A stretch of 64,000 bases of DNA from Octopus bimaculoides (Eukaryota): the NCBI RefSeq assembly GCF_001194135.2, contig NC_068981.1:112436475-112500474 (forward strand), given 5' to 3'. Shown in pieces: positions 1 through 12,223 of this stretch (position 1 is its first letter; each line of letters starts with the position of its first letter). A model generated the notes under the pieces. The model was not told where the DNA came from and searched no databases. It saw only the letters and a program-made list of their open reading frames with translations. The position numbers and the translations under genes were made by a program.

Positions 1-249
1 CTCCGTTTCGCCAGATGCTCAGCTCTTCAAGTGTCCAATTCCTGATCTCTCCTGCTTCTGTCCCTTTCCCTCTGTTCTGCCAGATGCTCAGCTCTTGCTT
101 TATCAGTCTCATTGACCCTTTTATTCACATGCCTGTTCCTATCGTGGGTAACTATTTCGTAAAGGACCCATTTGTACTTTGGTGTGAAATAATTTTTTCC
201 ACAGGTTTTTCGAGTGCATTCACTGCATCTCACCTCCAAACCTACTGCA

Positions 250-540
250 AGTCATTTTCTTCTGGAAAAGAAAGGGGTGAGGGGTTGTAGGGACCTCAAA
301 GTTTCCCAGCAACAGAGTTTTGTTTTGTGGGTTTTTTTTCTTTTCCAAGTTATTTTGCATACTTTCAACAAATGTGACATTCATATCACACATAAACGGC
401 TCCTGACAGTTCAGGTCGTAAAGCATTGAAGCTGAATTGCATTGAAATGAAGGAAATTATTCATACTTGTCTTTGCCTTTTCCTTTCATGGTCTGATGTC
501 GGAAAGAATATTTTCTCATTTTGACATTGTTACAGTTTGT
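250..540 (-). pseudogene. Possible decayed Helitron Rep N-terminal zinc-binding segment
   Basis: Stitching frames on the minus strand gives HERKRQRQ...LYDLN...MNVT..C..WK...LCC..LQP, which resembles the Helitron YDP...GxMxxxCxxCxAxxWKxE...CCxxGKVxLP motif. This needs several frameshifts, so support is weak. Confidence 0.3.
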
Positions 541-1499
541 TCGCAAGAATGCTTTTGATAACAACATTCTTAGTTGACATTTGATTATTTGCATCTTTTT
601 TCCAATTCCGAAATCAGGCCTCTTTAAGAATAGAATTATTTATTGCCACCCAATTGTAAGTGCATTTACTTACAGTTTTAATTCTTTATGCTTGTTATTT
701 AAGTATTGTAGATTTACCATTGAAAGTAAGTACTTTTCCTTGCTATTCTTTTCACTATACATAAATGTTAGCTGTTTCTCAATAATATTTGAATATTTTG
801 TTTTTGTATCTGGTCTGCAAGATTCTTTATGTGAGTTCATGTGTTGAAACGAATTTCATTGTGTCTGGGGAGAGTCATACTGCCTTAATATCTAACACAC
901 TTGCCAGTTCAATTTCCACTCACTTATTATTTATATTTTTTTCTTTTCCAAATTTTTTGTTGCTTTTGCAACCTTGTCAATGGATGTTGACTCTGTTATT
1001 GGAACTGCATTCCTTTTGTCTGTGTGCATGTGTGCACCAGCGTGCATGTGTGCTTGTGTATACACATATGTATAAGGTATTAGTATATATCAGGCAACAT
1101 AGTAGTGGTCTAGTACAGAGTGATAACATGGTAACACTGTAGTACGATGGTGAGAGGAGTTGCAATGCTAAGAGAAGTAAAGCTAAGTTATGAAGAATGA
1201 ACAGGTAGAAGGAAGTGATACTTGAGAAGTAGCAACTAGCAGTGGGATAACTAAAAGCTAAGAATGAAAGATGACAGAATTGAACAATGAAAAAAAACGA
1301 TGGAAAATGTAGAAAAATGAAAAATTTAAAGATAACAAGAAGCTGAGATAGTGTGAGAAGTTTTAATATACCACCTGAACAGTGAGGAGGTCGTTGGAAA
1401 TCCTCATTTGAAAATCCCAGAAAGTTTTTTTTTCTTCAAAAGTTCAAAAGGTCTAATAGTTTTTTGTTTTTTTGAGAGGTAGGTAGATAGATAGAAAGA

Positions 1500-3260
1500 T
1501 AGAACATATCCGGAAGCATGAATCTCAACAGGCACACATACTCAAACTTCCTAGCACACAACTCCTCCACACCACGGTTCTGTTGCCTAATAAAAACAAA
1601 GAAGCAACTCAAAGTATGTCTAATTGTCACCAGCACAAGATCCCCTCTCCAGAAGTTGGAATGGCTTGTAGCCTGGCTACCTAAGCCACTGCAGGCACAG
1701 ATACCAGCACACCTTGAGAACAGCTTGCAACTCATCGAACTACTATGTGAGCTCCTGCCCAGAATTGTCTCAAACAATGACTATGCTTTCAACCTGGATG
1801 AATGGTCCTTGTATACCAGCATATCACTGGCTGAAGGCATTCTAACAATCCAAGAATGACTAGAGTGAGGCCAGAAGTTGGCCTCAGACTTTCCACCAGT
1901 AGGCCTCAAATCCATCCTAGATTTCTGCACTGCCAACACATACTTCCGGTACAGAAACACCACATACCAACAATGCAACAGCCTTCCAATGGGATCCTGA
2001 TTCAGTGACATCCTGGTCACCCTTACCCTGGACAAACTGGAGTGCCAAGCACTCCACAGAGGACAACACATCACCCTATATCAAAGATACATCAATGATG
2101 CATCTGTCTTAACCAAACCCAGGGATCAGGCAATCAGGATCCTTAATGTCTTTAACAGCCTCCACCACAACATCCAATTCAATGTTAAACACCCAGACAC
2201 AAATGGCTTACTGAGTCTCTTGGACTTCACATCAAGACATGCCACAATCCACTTCTTCAAGAAAAAAGAAAGACCTTTTTCTCTTTTTGGATTCAGCATA
2301 TCCAAATACGTTGAAACATAATGTAGCCCTTAATGAGTTCATCTGCCACAAAAACAGACACAACGAAGCTGATGTAAAAGACAATGTAAGGGCAGATTTT
2401 ATCTGGATGCTGTACAGTAGAGGATACAAGCTCAGGTTCATAGGGAAAGTGTGTAGCACTCTAAACACACGACAACAGCAAGCACCAAGACACCACAACA
2501 AAATCACCTCCAGCAACAACAACAGTAGCAGTAGCAATGACGACAGCAATACAAACAACAACAACTACCAATGAACCAGTGGCATTAATAACAACAACAG
2601 AAAGAAAGGGGAAAGTAGACAAAGTGAAAGGGAAAGAGAGAATTGAAAAGGGTTAAATGGACATATGTGAACCTTCCATACTACAGAGAATGGATTGCAA
2701 ACAAACTAAGGAACGATGTCAGAATCACAAGGCAAGGCCATATCCTCAGACACTACCTCTTCCACGACAACAACATACAGAATACATGTCTGAACCACTT
2801 CCTCATCAAAACCAAACAGCCAACAGGCAGCATCCAACTTAGTTTACAAACTAATGTAATATAGGAGATGACTTGTACTTGTGAAGATAAATATATTGGA
2901 TTGACTAAACGACACCTTCATGTCAGACTGGAAGAACATTTTCACAAGGCCATGACACCCAGTGCCATATTCCCACCCCACCAACGCTAAAATGGGGAGT
3001 TCTCTACCTGAATACTGGCCAGGGGAACAGATGCAGTCAACCTTCAAATAAAGGAGGCACATTTCATCAGGAAGAAGGTGCCCAACCTCAATTGCCAGAA
3101 TGAACTTAATGGCTGGAAGTTCATTTACTGCCTTTGAAGCCTCTAACTAGCACCAGCAGTAATAAATGCCAACAAACACCAGCAATAGTAAATGCCAATG
3201 CTAACAGTAATAACCATGGAAAGTTTGATGAAGGATTATAGATCCAAAAGCACTTACTTA
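1500..3260 (+). mobile_element. Decayed Penelope-like element (Penelope/Poseidon-type RT + C-terminal GIY-YIG)
   Basis: RT motifs across frames: PRFCCLIKTKK..IVTSTRSPLQKL..WLPKPL...HLENSLQL, SLYTSISL, TYFRYRNTTYQQCNSLPMGS, YQRYIND (YVDD-like) and LLSLLDF. GIY-YIG at about 2850-2940: TNVI*EMTCTCEDKYIGLTKRHLHVRLEEH. Stops and frameshifts are present. Confidence 0.85.
3221..3259 (+). ncRNA. Degenerate minimal type I hammerhead ribozyme (PLE-associated)
   Basis: AAGT-TTGATGA-A-GGAT(TATAG)ATCC-AAAA-GCAC-TT-ACTT. Stems I and II pair perfectly. The core CUGAUGA and GAAA each carry one substitution. It lies just 3' of the PLE ORF. Confidence 0.5.
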
Positions 3261-4899
3261 ACCCATTAACTCAAGAACTAGCAACAAAGCTATATACAGA
3301 CCACATACCACCAGTAGGTCCCTTCTCTGTATCTATCTCTCTGTCTATCTGTCTATCTGTCTACCCCTCAAAGAATCATAAGATCTTTTAACTTTGAAGT
3401 TTGATAAATGGAAAATATCTGTCTCTTTATTTACATCTCAAAAAACCATTAGACCTTTTGAACATTTGAAGGAAAAAATACCTTCTGGTTTCTATGGCTA
3501 GAGCCCTTACTCATGCCACCCTCTTCACAGAGTGTACTGGGTGTTTTTTCTGTATCACCTGCATGTGTATCTTGCAAGACAGAAAAGAAGAGAGGAAAAG
3601 AAAAAATCTGCTACTACTAAGAGCAAGTATTTAGGAGGGAAAGGTGGAGGTAGGTAGCTGTATGCCTGATGTTGAAAGACTAAAGAATGATAGAGGGACA
3701 AGTACAGGTGTCCTGCTATAGAGGAGGTACACAGCTGAAAGAAATAAGAGGAAGATAGTGATGGCGTGCTAGAACAAACTCTCAAGGAACAAGGAAGTGA
3801 GCATAAGAGAGGATGCTTTCATAAGAGTTTGAGGGGAGTAAACAGGTGGAGGTAGAAGTTAATTTAGAGGAGGATGAACTAGGATGAGGGTGCAGATGAT
3901 GGGAAATAACCATTATGTAGATGGGTGAGGTGGGAGATATAGGAGTAGCCTGAGAAGAATAGAACAGAAAGTAATAGGATGATGTGCAAAATGTAGGAAC
4001 AGTGGAGAAGGAGATGTAGAGATGATAGTAGATACGGGGGGGGGGGGGCATTGAAAATAACAGTTGAGGAAGGTGTTTTGAGTACCCAGAAATGGGGTGA
4101 TTGGTTGAAATAGTGTTGGCGGTGATGATGAGGAATGGAAGTAGTTCAAAGTGGGGAAGGTGAGAGACCATTAGGGAGAAGATGGGATGTACCAATTCTG
4201 TAAGTGAGTGGAGAAAGGAGTGGGTGACAGGGCCTTGCATGTGCATTCCGGCTAAACTGAGTGGTTTTAGGATATCATTTTGGTGAGTGTATATGTATGT
4301 ATGTATGCATGCGTGTGCGTGTGTATGTATCTATATATACATACACACACACACACACACACACACACGCATACATATTCATTTATGTATATAAATAAAT
4401 AAATAATGGCAACTGTTGTGGTCAATTCAATACTTGGATGTGTGTAATTACTGCTCATATGAAGGCAACATACCAAATATTGGAAAATTTCAGCTACAGA
4501 GAGTGTTAAGATTACAGATGAACATTTCTACATGTTTTAATCATTTGCAGCATATTTATACATAAGATACCTACATCATATCATATAAATACAGCACTGT
4601 AATGTTACACACATAAACAAGTAAGCCAAGTAACATTTCTAAAGAATTCACAAGAAATACGGTGCTCAATATATACGTCTCAATACAAATGTAGAATTAA
4701 AAATCTGAAAGCTATGAACAACTTTAAATTTAATTCTGACAAAACTTTTAAAGTAGATCATTGTCTATTCATAGATATTTGTATTTGTTTTTTTAAATAA
4801 ACATAGTCATCATGGCTAAACGCATGTCTCCTTTGACCAAATCATGACAACAATGGACCTGTAATCTTAACACAGACTTATATGAAGTACATCTACAAT

Positions 4900-6101
4900 T
4901 TGACTCCTCAAAAGTTTGGTTTTATGGAAAGGCTAAAAAATTTGGGGAATTCCAAACGCCCATGATTATATTTTCCCCCCAAATATTTAAATGGACAAGC
5001 AGAATGTATCATTAGATGTAAATTGATGCATCTAACAGAAATGGCTGATTCAAAGCAGGCTGGCACTATAAAGCCAGCCATTGAAGATAATCCCACTTCC
5101 ATTGTTGGACAGATAGGACAGTCAGCTAAACTTAGCAGTGAACAACACACAAATAATTTGACTGAAATCCATATCTATATAGTACAAACAGAAAACCAAA
5201 AACTTGTGGACACTTTACAAGTGGTTTGAGATGATATGTTTGAACAGGTCCATAGCCTTATTTTGAATGACAGGCCTTATAACACTAGTATAAGTAAAGA
5301 ACCCAATAAATTAGAATTAGAAGCTGTAAATGAAATAGCAAAAAAAATATATGAAGATCACACAGTCTTGAGGGATGAAAACAATCTACAAAATCATAAA
5401 CCTTTTGCTATATGTCTCAGCTATTATATCTGAAAACCACACAGTCTTGAAGTATGAAACCAATCTATAGAATCATTAACCTTTTGCTATATGTCTCAGC
5501 TATTAAATTATTAGCATATTGTGAAGAGTTGAAGCCACACAATTGAGATTCAAGCAGAAAGTCTGAAACCAGCATAGCACAGAACTTAAAAAATAAAATT
5601 TTATTCACAGGTCATTGTAGTTATGAAATATAACACAAAGAAGAGCTTCACATGACATGAGGAAGATCTCAGAAAAAGTTAGAGAGGCAGTTAGGTGATA
5701 ACCAGATTCAGAAGCCTAAATTCCAAACTGCACCAGTTGAAACAACTCACAGCTGTAGCTGAGAATCTAAAATATAAATCTACAGCATATAAACAGTAAA
5801 TGTTCAATAAATTATTTGCCAGGGATCCCAACTCTGTTTATCACAGCTTCAATGAGGAAGGATTAATCTCTATAAAAGACACCCCTACAAATGATCAGGT
5901 TGAGGACTACTGGAAACCCAATGATGAATTCAACAAATAAGCTGTATGGCTAAAAGGACTGAAGCAGGACTACTGCCAGCATGAAATAGATAGCAAAATA
6001 CTTGAAATAGTTATTCAGAAAATGTCTAACAGAAAATACCCAGGCCCAGACCTCATAACAAGTTACTGGCTGAAGAATTTCCTCTTTGATTGGCAAGATC
6101 A
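4900..6101 (+). mobile_element. Dong/R4-like non-LTR retrotransposon fragment (N-terminal region to start of RT)
   Basis: Decayed translation NKLFARDPNSVY...KDTPTNDQVEDYWK...AVWLKGLKQDY...KYPGPDLITSYWLKN matches the pre-RT region of the other Dong/R4 copies in the window. Confidence 0.65.
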
Positions 6102-6330
6102 GGTAGCAAGCTGGCAGAATCATTAGCATGCTGGACAAAATGCTTAGCAATATTTCACCCATCACTACATTCTGAGTTCAAATCTGCTGAGGTCAACTTC
6201 ACCTTTCATCCTTTCAGGGTTGATGAATTGAGTGCAGGTCAAGTACTTAGGTTGATATAATTAACTGGGGCCCTGTTTCAAAATTTCAGGCCTTGTGCCT
6301 ATAGTAGAAAGGATTATTATTATTATTATT
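6102..6330 (+). mobile_element. tRNA-derived SINE with (ATT)n tail
   Basis: A-box-like TGGCAGAATCATTAG and B-box-like GAGTTCAAATC. The 3' end AAATTTCAGGCCTTGTGCCTATAGTAGAAAGG(ATT)n is shared with the copies at 11109 and 43770. Confidence 0.85.
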
Positions 6331-8790
6331 GATTTGACTCATATTTGGTCTTAGTCCTGGCAGGATTTAAATGGGTAGCAGGTTACTACCTGTAACCTTA
6401 AGTACCACTAAATTTCAATAGTCTTTCAAGTGCTTAGAACCCTTCTGATAATCTTTCCTGTCCCTGAGAGGCAAATTTTCTGTAGAAGCTCTACAGGAAA
6501 TTCTATTCCAATCACCTTCAACCATCTGTCTATATATTTGCATACAGTTCCCAATGCACCAGTTATTATAGGCACTACCTTCACACTTTCATGTTTCAAA
6601 TTCTTACAATTTCAAATTTTAAGGGATTGTATTTTTTTTTTTCCTTTTCATCTTTTTTATGACCCTGGCATCAAACACATGATGAATCAATTAATAAGTA
6701 ACTTCACTTTTCCTTGTCAAATAATTTTATGTTTGGTCTATTATTTTCTAGCTTCTTGCCTGTTTGAATATGAAAGTTCCACAAAATCTTACAGGTCTCC
6801 GACTCTAACACTCTTTCAACCCGATGTTCATACCATGTGTCTCCAGCTTCAAATCCCCATTTTTGGCAAAGCTTCCAGTGTAAAACTACCTCCATTTCTT
6901 ATATTCCTCCTATGCCAACTTGGACATTCTGCAACAATGTGTGCCGCTCTCATTTCAAGTTCCACAAACTACATTTTTCTGACACATTTTCACTATGTAA
7001 ATTTTTCCTTAAGTTGTTTGTTTTTATCACTTCATCCTGAGCTGCTACAGTTAGGCTCTCTGTTTCTTTTTTTTTAATTGCCCTTTTTTTAGCCAAGCCC
7101 AGGATTTTGTTCCATACACATCTTACGTGGTTCTCTAGAATTGACCATACAGAGGTTTGTCCTCAGTCTGGCTAATGTGCTCTCTTTGAATTTCCTTCTT
7201 GTCCTTTTCTCTTGTCATCTGTTCCTTATTAGTCTTCAGTAGTTTCTCTGTGCTGTTCTGCAATTATTCTAGAACAGCGCAGTAGGCTTTTTCTTTCCAT
7301 CTGTACACACTCGTCTACAGCAATTAAGCCTCTTCCACCCTGGTCTTGATATCAGCTTTCATATGGTGGGCTCCATACATTGTCAGCAGCTTTCTAGTTT
7401 TTCTGTCAAGTTTCTGTATGTTGTTTTTGGTCCAGTCTACAATTACATCTCCATATCTGACTGGGGATACTACTCTTGCATTTACTGCTTCAATATCATT
7501 TTTTGAATTCAGCTTTGACTGCAATAATTTTTCTCACTCTTCTTGTATACTCTCTACTGGTTATTTGTTTCATTTCTTCTTGTATTATTTCATCTGCTTC
7601 CAATATCTCCAAATACTTATACCATTGTCCTTTCTCATCTGCTTTCATTGTTTGCTCATTTGGCATTTCAATTCCCTGGCTTCCTTCAAATCTTCCTTGT
7701 TTCATTTTCATCCTAGTGCATTCCTCAATCCCAAATTCCATACTACATCATTTGAGAAGATGCAAACAGTATGTATTAGACTTTCAAGTTGTCTCTCATT
7801 TTTTGCATAACTCTTTAGATCATCCATAAAAAGGAGATGATTTATCTGATCATATCCGTTCCCCAAATTGTAAGCTATTTTGACTTTTCACAATATCAAA
7901 GCAAGTGGTATCATGACCAATGCAAATAGAAATGGAGATAAGCTATCACCTTGGAATATTCCACATCTGATGTTCACTTTCCCAAGTCTTTGTTTCTTTC
8001 CAATGAATTCAGTATTTTAATGTTTTATACTTTCATTAACCATTTTCTCCATATTTTCTGCCACTCCAAATGTGCTCATTGTTTTATTTATCCAACTGTG
8101 TGGTACCATGTTATAAGCTCTTTTTGTAGTCTAACAATGCTACATGCAATCCCATCAATCTGTGTCTGTAATTTCTATTTATCATTTTATCAACTAATAA
8201 GTGGTCTTTTGCTACTACTTTGTTTCCTGCATCTTTTCTGCTCTTGCACAAAAGTGGTAAACAGGTTATAAGTTGAAAATTTGATGCCAAGTTACCTTTC
8301 AAGGGATCCTTGTGACATTACAGCATTCATGCACTTAGGGATGTAACCATACTGCAGGCATTCATCCACTTGTGCATCAATTCTTTCATGCAACTGTGTA
8401 AAGTTCTTCAGTCAGTAACCTAGGCCAGGTCCCTTCCAGTTTGCATTTTTTAAAACTTCAGTTTCACTGTATATATATAGATGGATTCTGATGTCCTTTT
8501 GTCTTGGCACAGTTTGCAAGTTGTCTTTCTGCCAATGTATACAGTGAGTTTCTTTGTCTAGGTGTCAGGAAAACATTCGGCAAGAAATGGAAACAAAATT
8601 GAAAGGTATGCTCATGTCAATCAATAAACAGACGTTATCATTTTGGTCTTTTACAATAATATCTGGTTTATTGGCATTGATGGTCCAGTACTGGAAAGTC
8701 CCAAAGAATTGTTACATTTTTTCCCTCAGTTACAGTCTCAGGGTAGTGCTTGTACCATTTGTCAGTAGTTTTGATTTTATAATACTGACA
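6331..8790 (-). mobile_element. Dong/R4-like LINE (RT + CCHC/RLE endonuclease), decayed
   Basis: RT: IFQGDSLSPFLFALVMIPL, INHLLFMDDLK, MEFG, YKYLEILEAD. RLE region: LHWKLCQKWGF...KILWNFHIQT..LENNRPNI, ending LQKICLSGTGKIIRRVLST. Flanked by ATT/AAT repeats on both sides. Confidence 0.9.
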
Positions 8791-8821
<31 letters not shown>

Positions 8822-8822
8822 A

Positions 8823-8861
<39 letters not shown>

Positions 8862-8865
8862 CATT
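8790..8865. repeat. (ATT)n microsatellite
   Basis: About 25 near-perfect ATT units between the Dong 5' end and the truncated RTE. Confidence 0.95.
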
Positions 8866-10850
8866 GCCCCTGGGAACTTCTCTATGCTGACGACCTTCCA
8901 CTAATTGCTGAGTCACTATCAGAACTAGAGAAGTTTCAGGTGTGGAAGCAGGGACTAGAATCGAAGGGCCTTAGAGTCAACCTAGCTAAAACCAAAGTCC
9001 TTATAAGTAGAAAGGNNNNNNNNNNTGTGGAAGCAGGGACTAGAATCGAAGGGCCTTAGAGTCAACCTAGCTAAAACCAAAGTCCTTATAAGTAGAAAGG
9101 TAGAGAAAACACAAACCACTTCAGGTAGATGGCCCTGCTCGAATTGTAGAAAAGGTGTAGGTAGGAACTCTATAAGATGTACCCAGTGCAAGCTATGGAT
9201 ACATAAGAGGTGCAGCAATATCAAAGGCAGGTTAACTAGGATGTTAGTTTTTGTATGCGGCAGATGTACAGGTGCAATAAACACTGTAAATATGCAGAAA
9301 ACAACTTCTGTTTCATTCCAGGGAGAAAAACTAGACGTAGTTGATAGCTTTCGCTATCTGGGTGACCAAGTTAGTAGTGGGGGTGGGTGCGCTGAAAGTG
9401 TAGCTGCTAGAATAAGAATAGCCTGGGCAAAGTTCAGAGAGCTCTTACCCGTGCTGGCGACAAAGGGCCTCTCACTCAGAATAAAAGGCAGACTGTATGA
9501 CGCATGTGTATGAACAGCCATGCTACAAGGCAGTGAAACATGGGCTGTGACTGCTGAGGACATGCGTAAGCTCGCAAGAAATGAAGCCAGTATGCTCCGA
9601 TGGATGAGTAATGTCAGTGTGCATACCCGACAGAGCGTAAGTATCTTGAGAGAAAAATTGAACATAAGAAGCATCAGTTGTGGTGNNNNNNNNNNNNNNN
9701 NNNNNNNNNNNNNNNNNNNNNNNNNNNNNNNNNNNNNNNNNNNNNNNNNNNNNNNNNNNNNNNNNNNNNNNNNNNNNNNNNNNNNNNNNNNNNNNNNNNN
9801 NNNNNNNNNNNNNNNNNNNNNNNNNNNNNNNNNNNNNNNNNNNNNNNNNNNNNNNNNNNNNNNNNNNNNNNNNNNNNNNNNNNNNNNNNNNNNNNNNNNN
9901 NAGGCCTCACCGAGGCAATGACTTGTGACCGCGACCTTTGGAAATATGCTGTGCGGGAGAAGACCCGGCAGGCCAAGTGAGACCAAAATCCAAGGCCTCT
10001 GCCAGGGTTGTAGCCAGCCCACTTAGGCATAACATTCCTTTATTGGACACTAAACTCTGCTTGCGAAGACATGGTGAGGCAAGTGAAATCGAAATCAAAC
10101 AATATTTATAGGAACACTAAACTCGGCTTGCGAAGAACTGTTGAGGCAAGCGAAAGCGAAATCATGATGGCACCTGTACCAGTGGAGCACTAAGAGCTTC
10201 GTCCGAGCGTGATCATTGCCAGAGCAGCTGTCTGGCTTCCGTGCTGGTGGCACTTAAATAGCACCAGCGTGATCGTTATCAGCATCACCTTCCTGGCACT
10301 TGTGCCAGTGGCACGTGAAAAGTCATTCGAGCGAGATCGTTGCCAGTGCTGATGGACTGGCTCCTGTGTAGGTGACACATAAAATACACCATTTCGTGCG
10401 TGGCCATGGATCGTTACCAACGTTGCCTTCCTGGCACTTGTGCCAGTGGAACGTGAAGAGACATTCAAGTGAGATCGTTACCAGTGCTGACGGACTGGCT
10501 CCTGTACAGGTGACACATAATACACCATTTTGAGCATGGCCTTTGCCAGTAAGACATCTGAGCGAGATCATTGCCAGTGCCCCTGGACTGGCCCTTGTGT
10601 AGGTGGCACATAAAATACACCATTTTGAGCGTGGCCGTTGCCAGTACCTGCCTGACTGGCCCTCGTGCCAGTGGCACGTAAAAGCACCCACTACACTCTC
10701 GGAGTGGTTGGCGTTAGGAAGGGCATTCAGCTGTAGGAACTCTGCCAAATCAGATTGGAGCCTGGTGTCGCCTCCTGGTCCACCAGTCCTCAGTCAAATC
10801 GTCCAACCCATGCTAGCATGGAAAGCGGACGTTAAACGACGATGATGATG
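8866..10850 (+). mobile_element. 5'-truncated RTE-clade LINE (RT C-terminal part, 3' UTR, (GAT)n tail)
   Basis: PWELLYADDLPLIAES...KGLRVNLAKTK...VVDSFRYLGD...AWAKFRELLP...LLQGSETW...MLRWM. The 3' tail CACCCACTACACTCTCGGAGTGGTTGGCGTTAGGAAGGGCA...GGACGTTAAACGACGATGATG recurs at 36390 and 55530. Confidence 0.9.
10165..10690 (+). repeat. Tandem array of about 60-70 bp GC-rich units in the RTE 3' UTR
   Basis: About 8 diverged units of GAGCG(A/T)GATCGTTGCCAGTGC..GACTGGC..GTGC..GTGGCAC(G/A)TAAAA..CACCATTT. Related units occur at 21565-21700 (minus) and 55400-55530. Confidence 0.8.
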
Positions 10851-10853
10851 ATG

Positions 10854-10885
<32 letters not shown>

Positions 10886-11100
10886 GGTGGTGAGCTGGCA
10901 GAATCATTAGCATGCTAGGTGAAATGCTTAGCAGTATTTCATCTGTTTTCACGCTCTGAGTTCAGATTCTGCCATGGTTAACTTTGCTTTTCATCTTTTC
11001 AGGGGTTGATAAAATAAGTACCAGTTGAACACTGGGTTTGATGCCATCAACTTGTCCCCTCCACCAAAATTGCTGCCCCTGTGCCAAAATTTGAAACCAA
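10886..11100 (+). mobile_element. tRNA-derived SINE, alternative 3' end
   Basis: Same head (GGTGAGCTGGCAGAATCATTAG, GAGTTCAGATTC) but the tail is AAAATTGCTGCCCCTGTGCCAAAATTTGAAACC. It follows the RTE (GAT)n/(ATT)n tail directly. Confidence 0.85.
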
Positions 11101-11108
11101 GAAAAAAA

Positions 11109-11330
11109 GCAGCAAGCTGGCAGAATCATTAGCACACTGGGCAAAATGTGTAGCGGCATTTTGTCTGTCTTTACATTCTGAGTTCAAATTCCACCAAGAT
11201 CAACTTTTCCTTTCATCCTTTTGAGGTCAATAAATTAAATACCTGTGAAACAATGGGGGCCAATGTTATTGACTGTTCCCCTCCCCTTAAATTTCAGGCC
11301 ATGTGCCTATAGTAGAAAGGATTATTATTA
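11109..11330 (+). mobile_element. tRNA-derived SINE with (ATT)n tail
   Basis: Head and tail as in 6102-6330. Confidence 0.85.
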
Positions 11331-12223
11331 TTTTTATTTTTATTCACTGCAGATTTGTTACAAAAGCCTTTCTTTTGATTGTTTAGAGAATTTGGATATT
11401 TAATTGTTATCAAAGTGGATGAAAAGTTTTCTTTCATTTGACTTTATACAAGATGACAGACATTCTAAATAAATTAGGAGTTTATTCTCACCAAAATAAA
11501 TGAGGAATGTTGATTATTTCCAATATCTTAGTTTTTCACTTCAAAGGTTTGTAAATAATGGCATTTATAGCAACAAAAAGATATTACCCTCCCTTTTCCT
11601 CAATACAGAAAAGGAAAAATACTGAAAAATGTGATGCTTGTAAGAAAATAAAGATAAAAAACTGTTTCTTTGTCACAAGACATGTTGAAAGAAGGTATTA
11701 ACATATTGAAATCCAGGAACAATGACTTTATTAATGAAAACGACAGCATGTACAGACAAGCTTTACTGAGTGAACATGCTGTCAAGTCAGAGATTTCTTG
11801 TTTTCATTTTCAAATATCACTAGTAACACAGAAAGTGTAAATAATGATTTCACATGAACAAGACCAATATTACAAGAGTTGTATAACAAAGAAAAAAAAT
11901 TTCTTCTTGACCATGTTAGTAAAGAGTAAGAGGGACACAAAATTGCTTATATCTGTCTTACAAAGCACGCAAGGGTAGTCCTTGTACCATTGAAATAAAC
12001 AGCACGGGTCAACATGTGGAAGAACCCTTCCTCCATTGGCTGATGTACAATGTATAGGTCTCTATGAATACTTTACAGGAACAAGCTGAAGCAAGCAAAC
12101 AAGCCAACAAGGTGTAATATAACAACAGCTTATACTTTTGTGCCACTGGGGACACAAATAATGTGGGTCAAGGTGATGAATGTTGACAATAATGTTGATC
12201 TTTGCTTTGTCATCACCTTCATA

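Noticed and set aside
5355-5505. About 80 bp tandem duplication within the plus-strand Dong fragment
   Set aside because: This is an ordinary local duplication in a dead element.
6102-6190. tRNA genes
   Set aside because: The A/B-box sequences are SINE heads that continue into SINE bodies, with no full cloverleaf.
8941-9100. Exact 75 bp direct repeat either side of a 10-N gap (similarly 62425-62510)
   Set aside because: This is typical unmerged contig overlap, an assembly artefact.
10165-10690. CRISPR-like repeat array
   Set aside because: The units are diverged tandem repeats without unique spacers, lie in a LINE 3' UTR in animal DNA, and no cas genes are present.
11600-12220. Coding-like purine-rich stretch or micro-exon at 11609
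   Set aside because: There are stops in all frames and no recognisable domain. It is probably a decayed transposon remnant.
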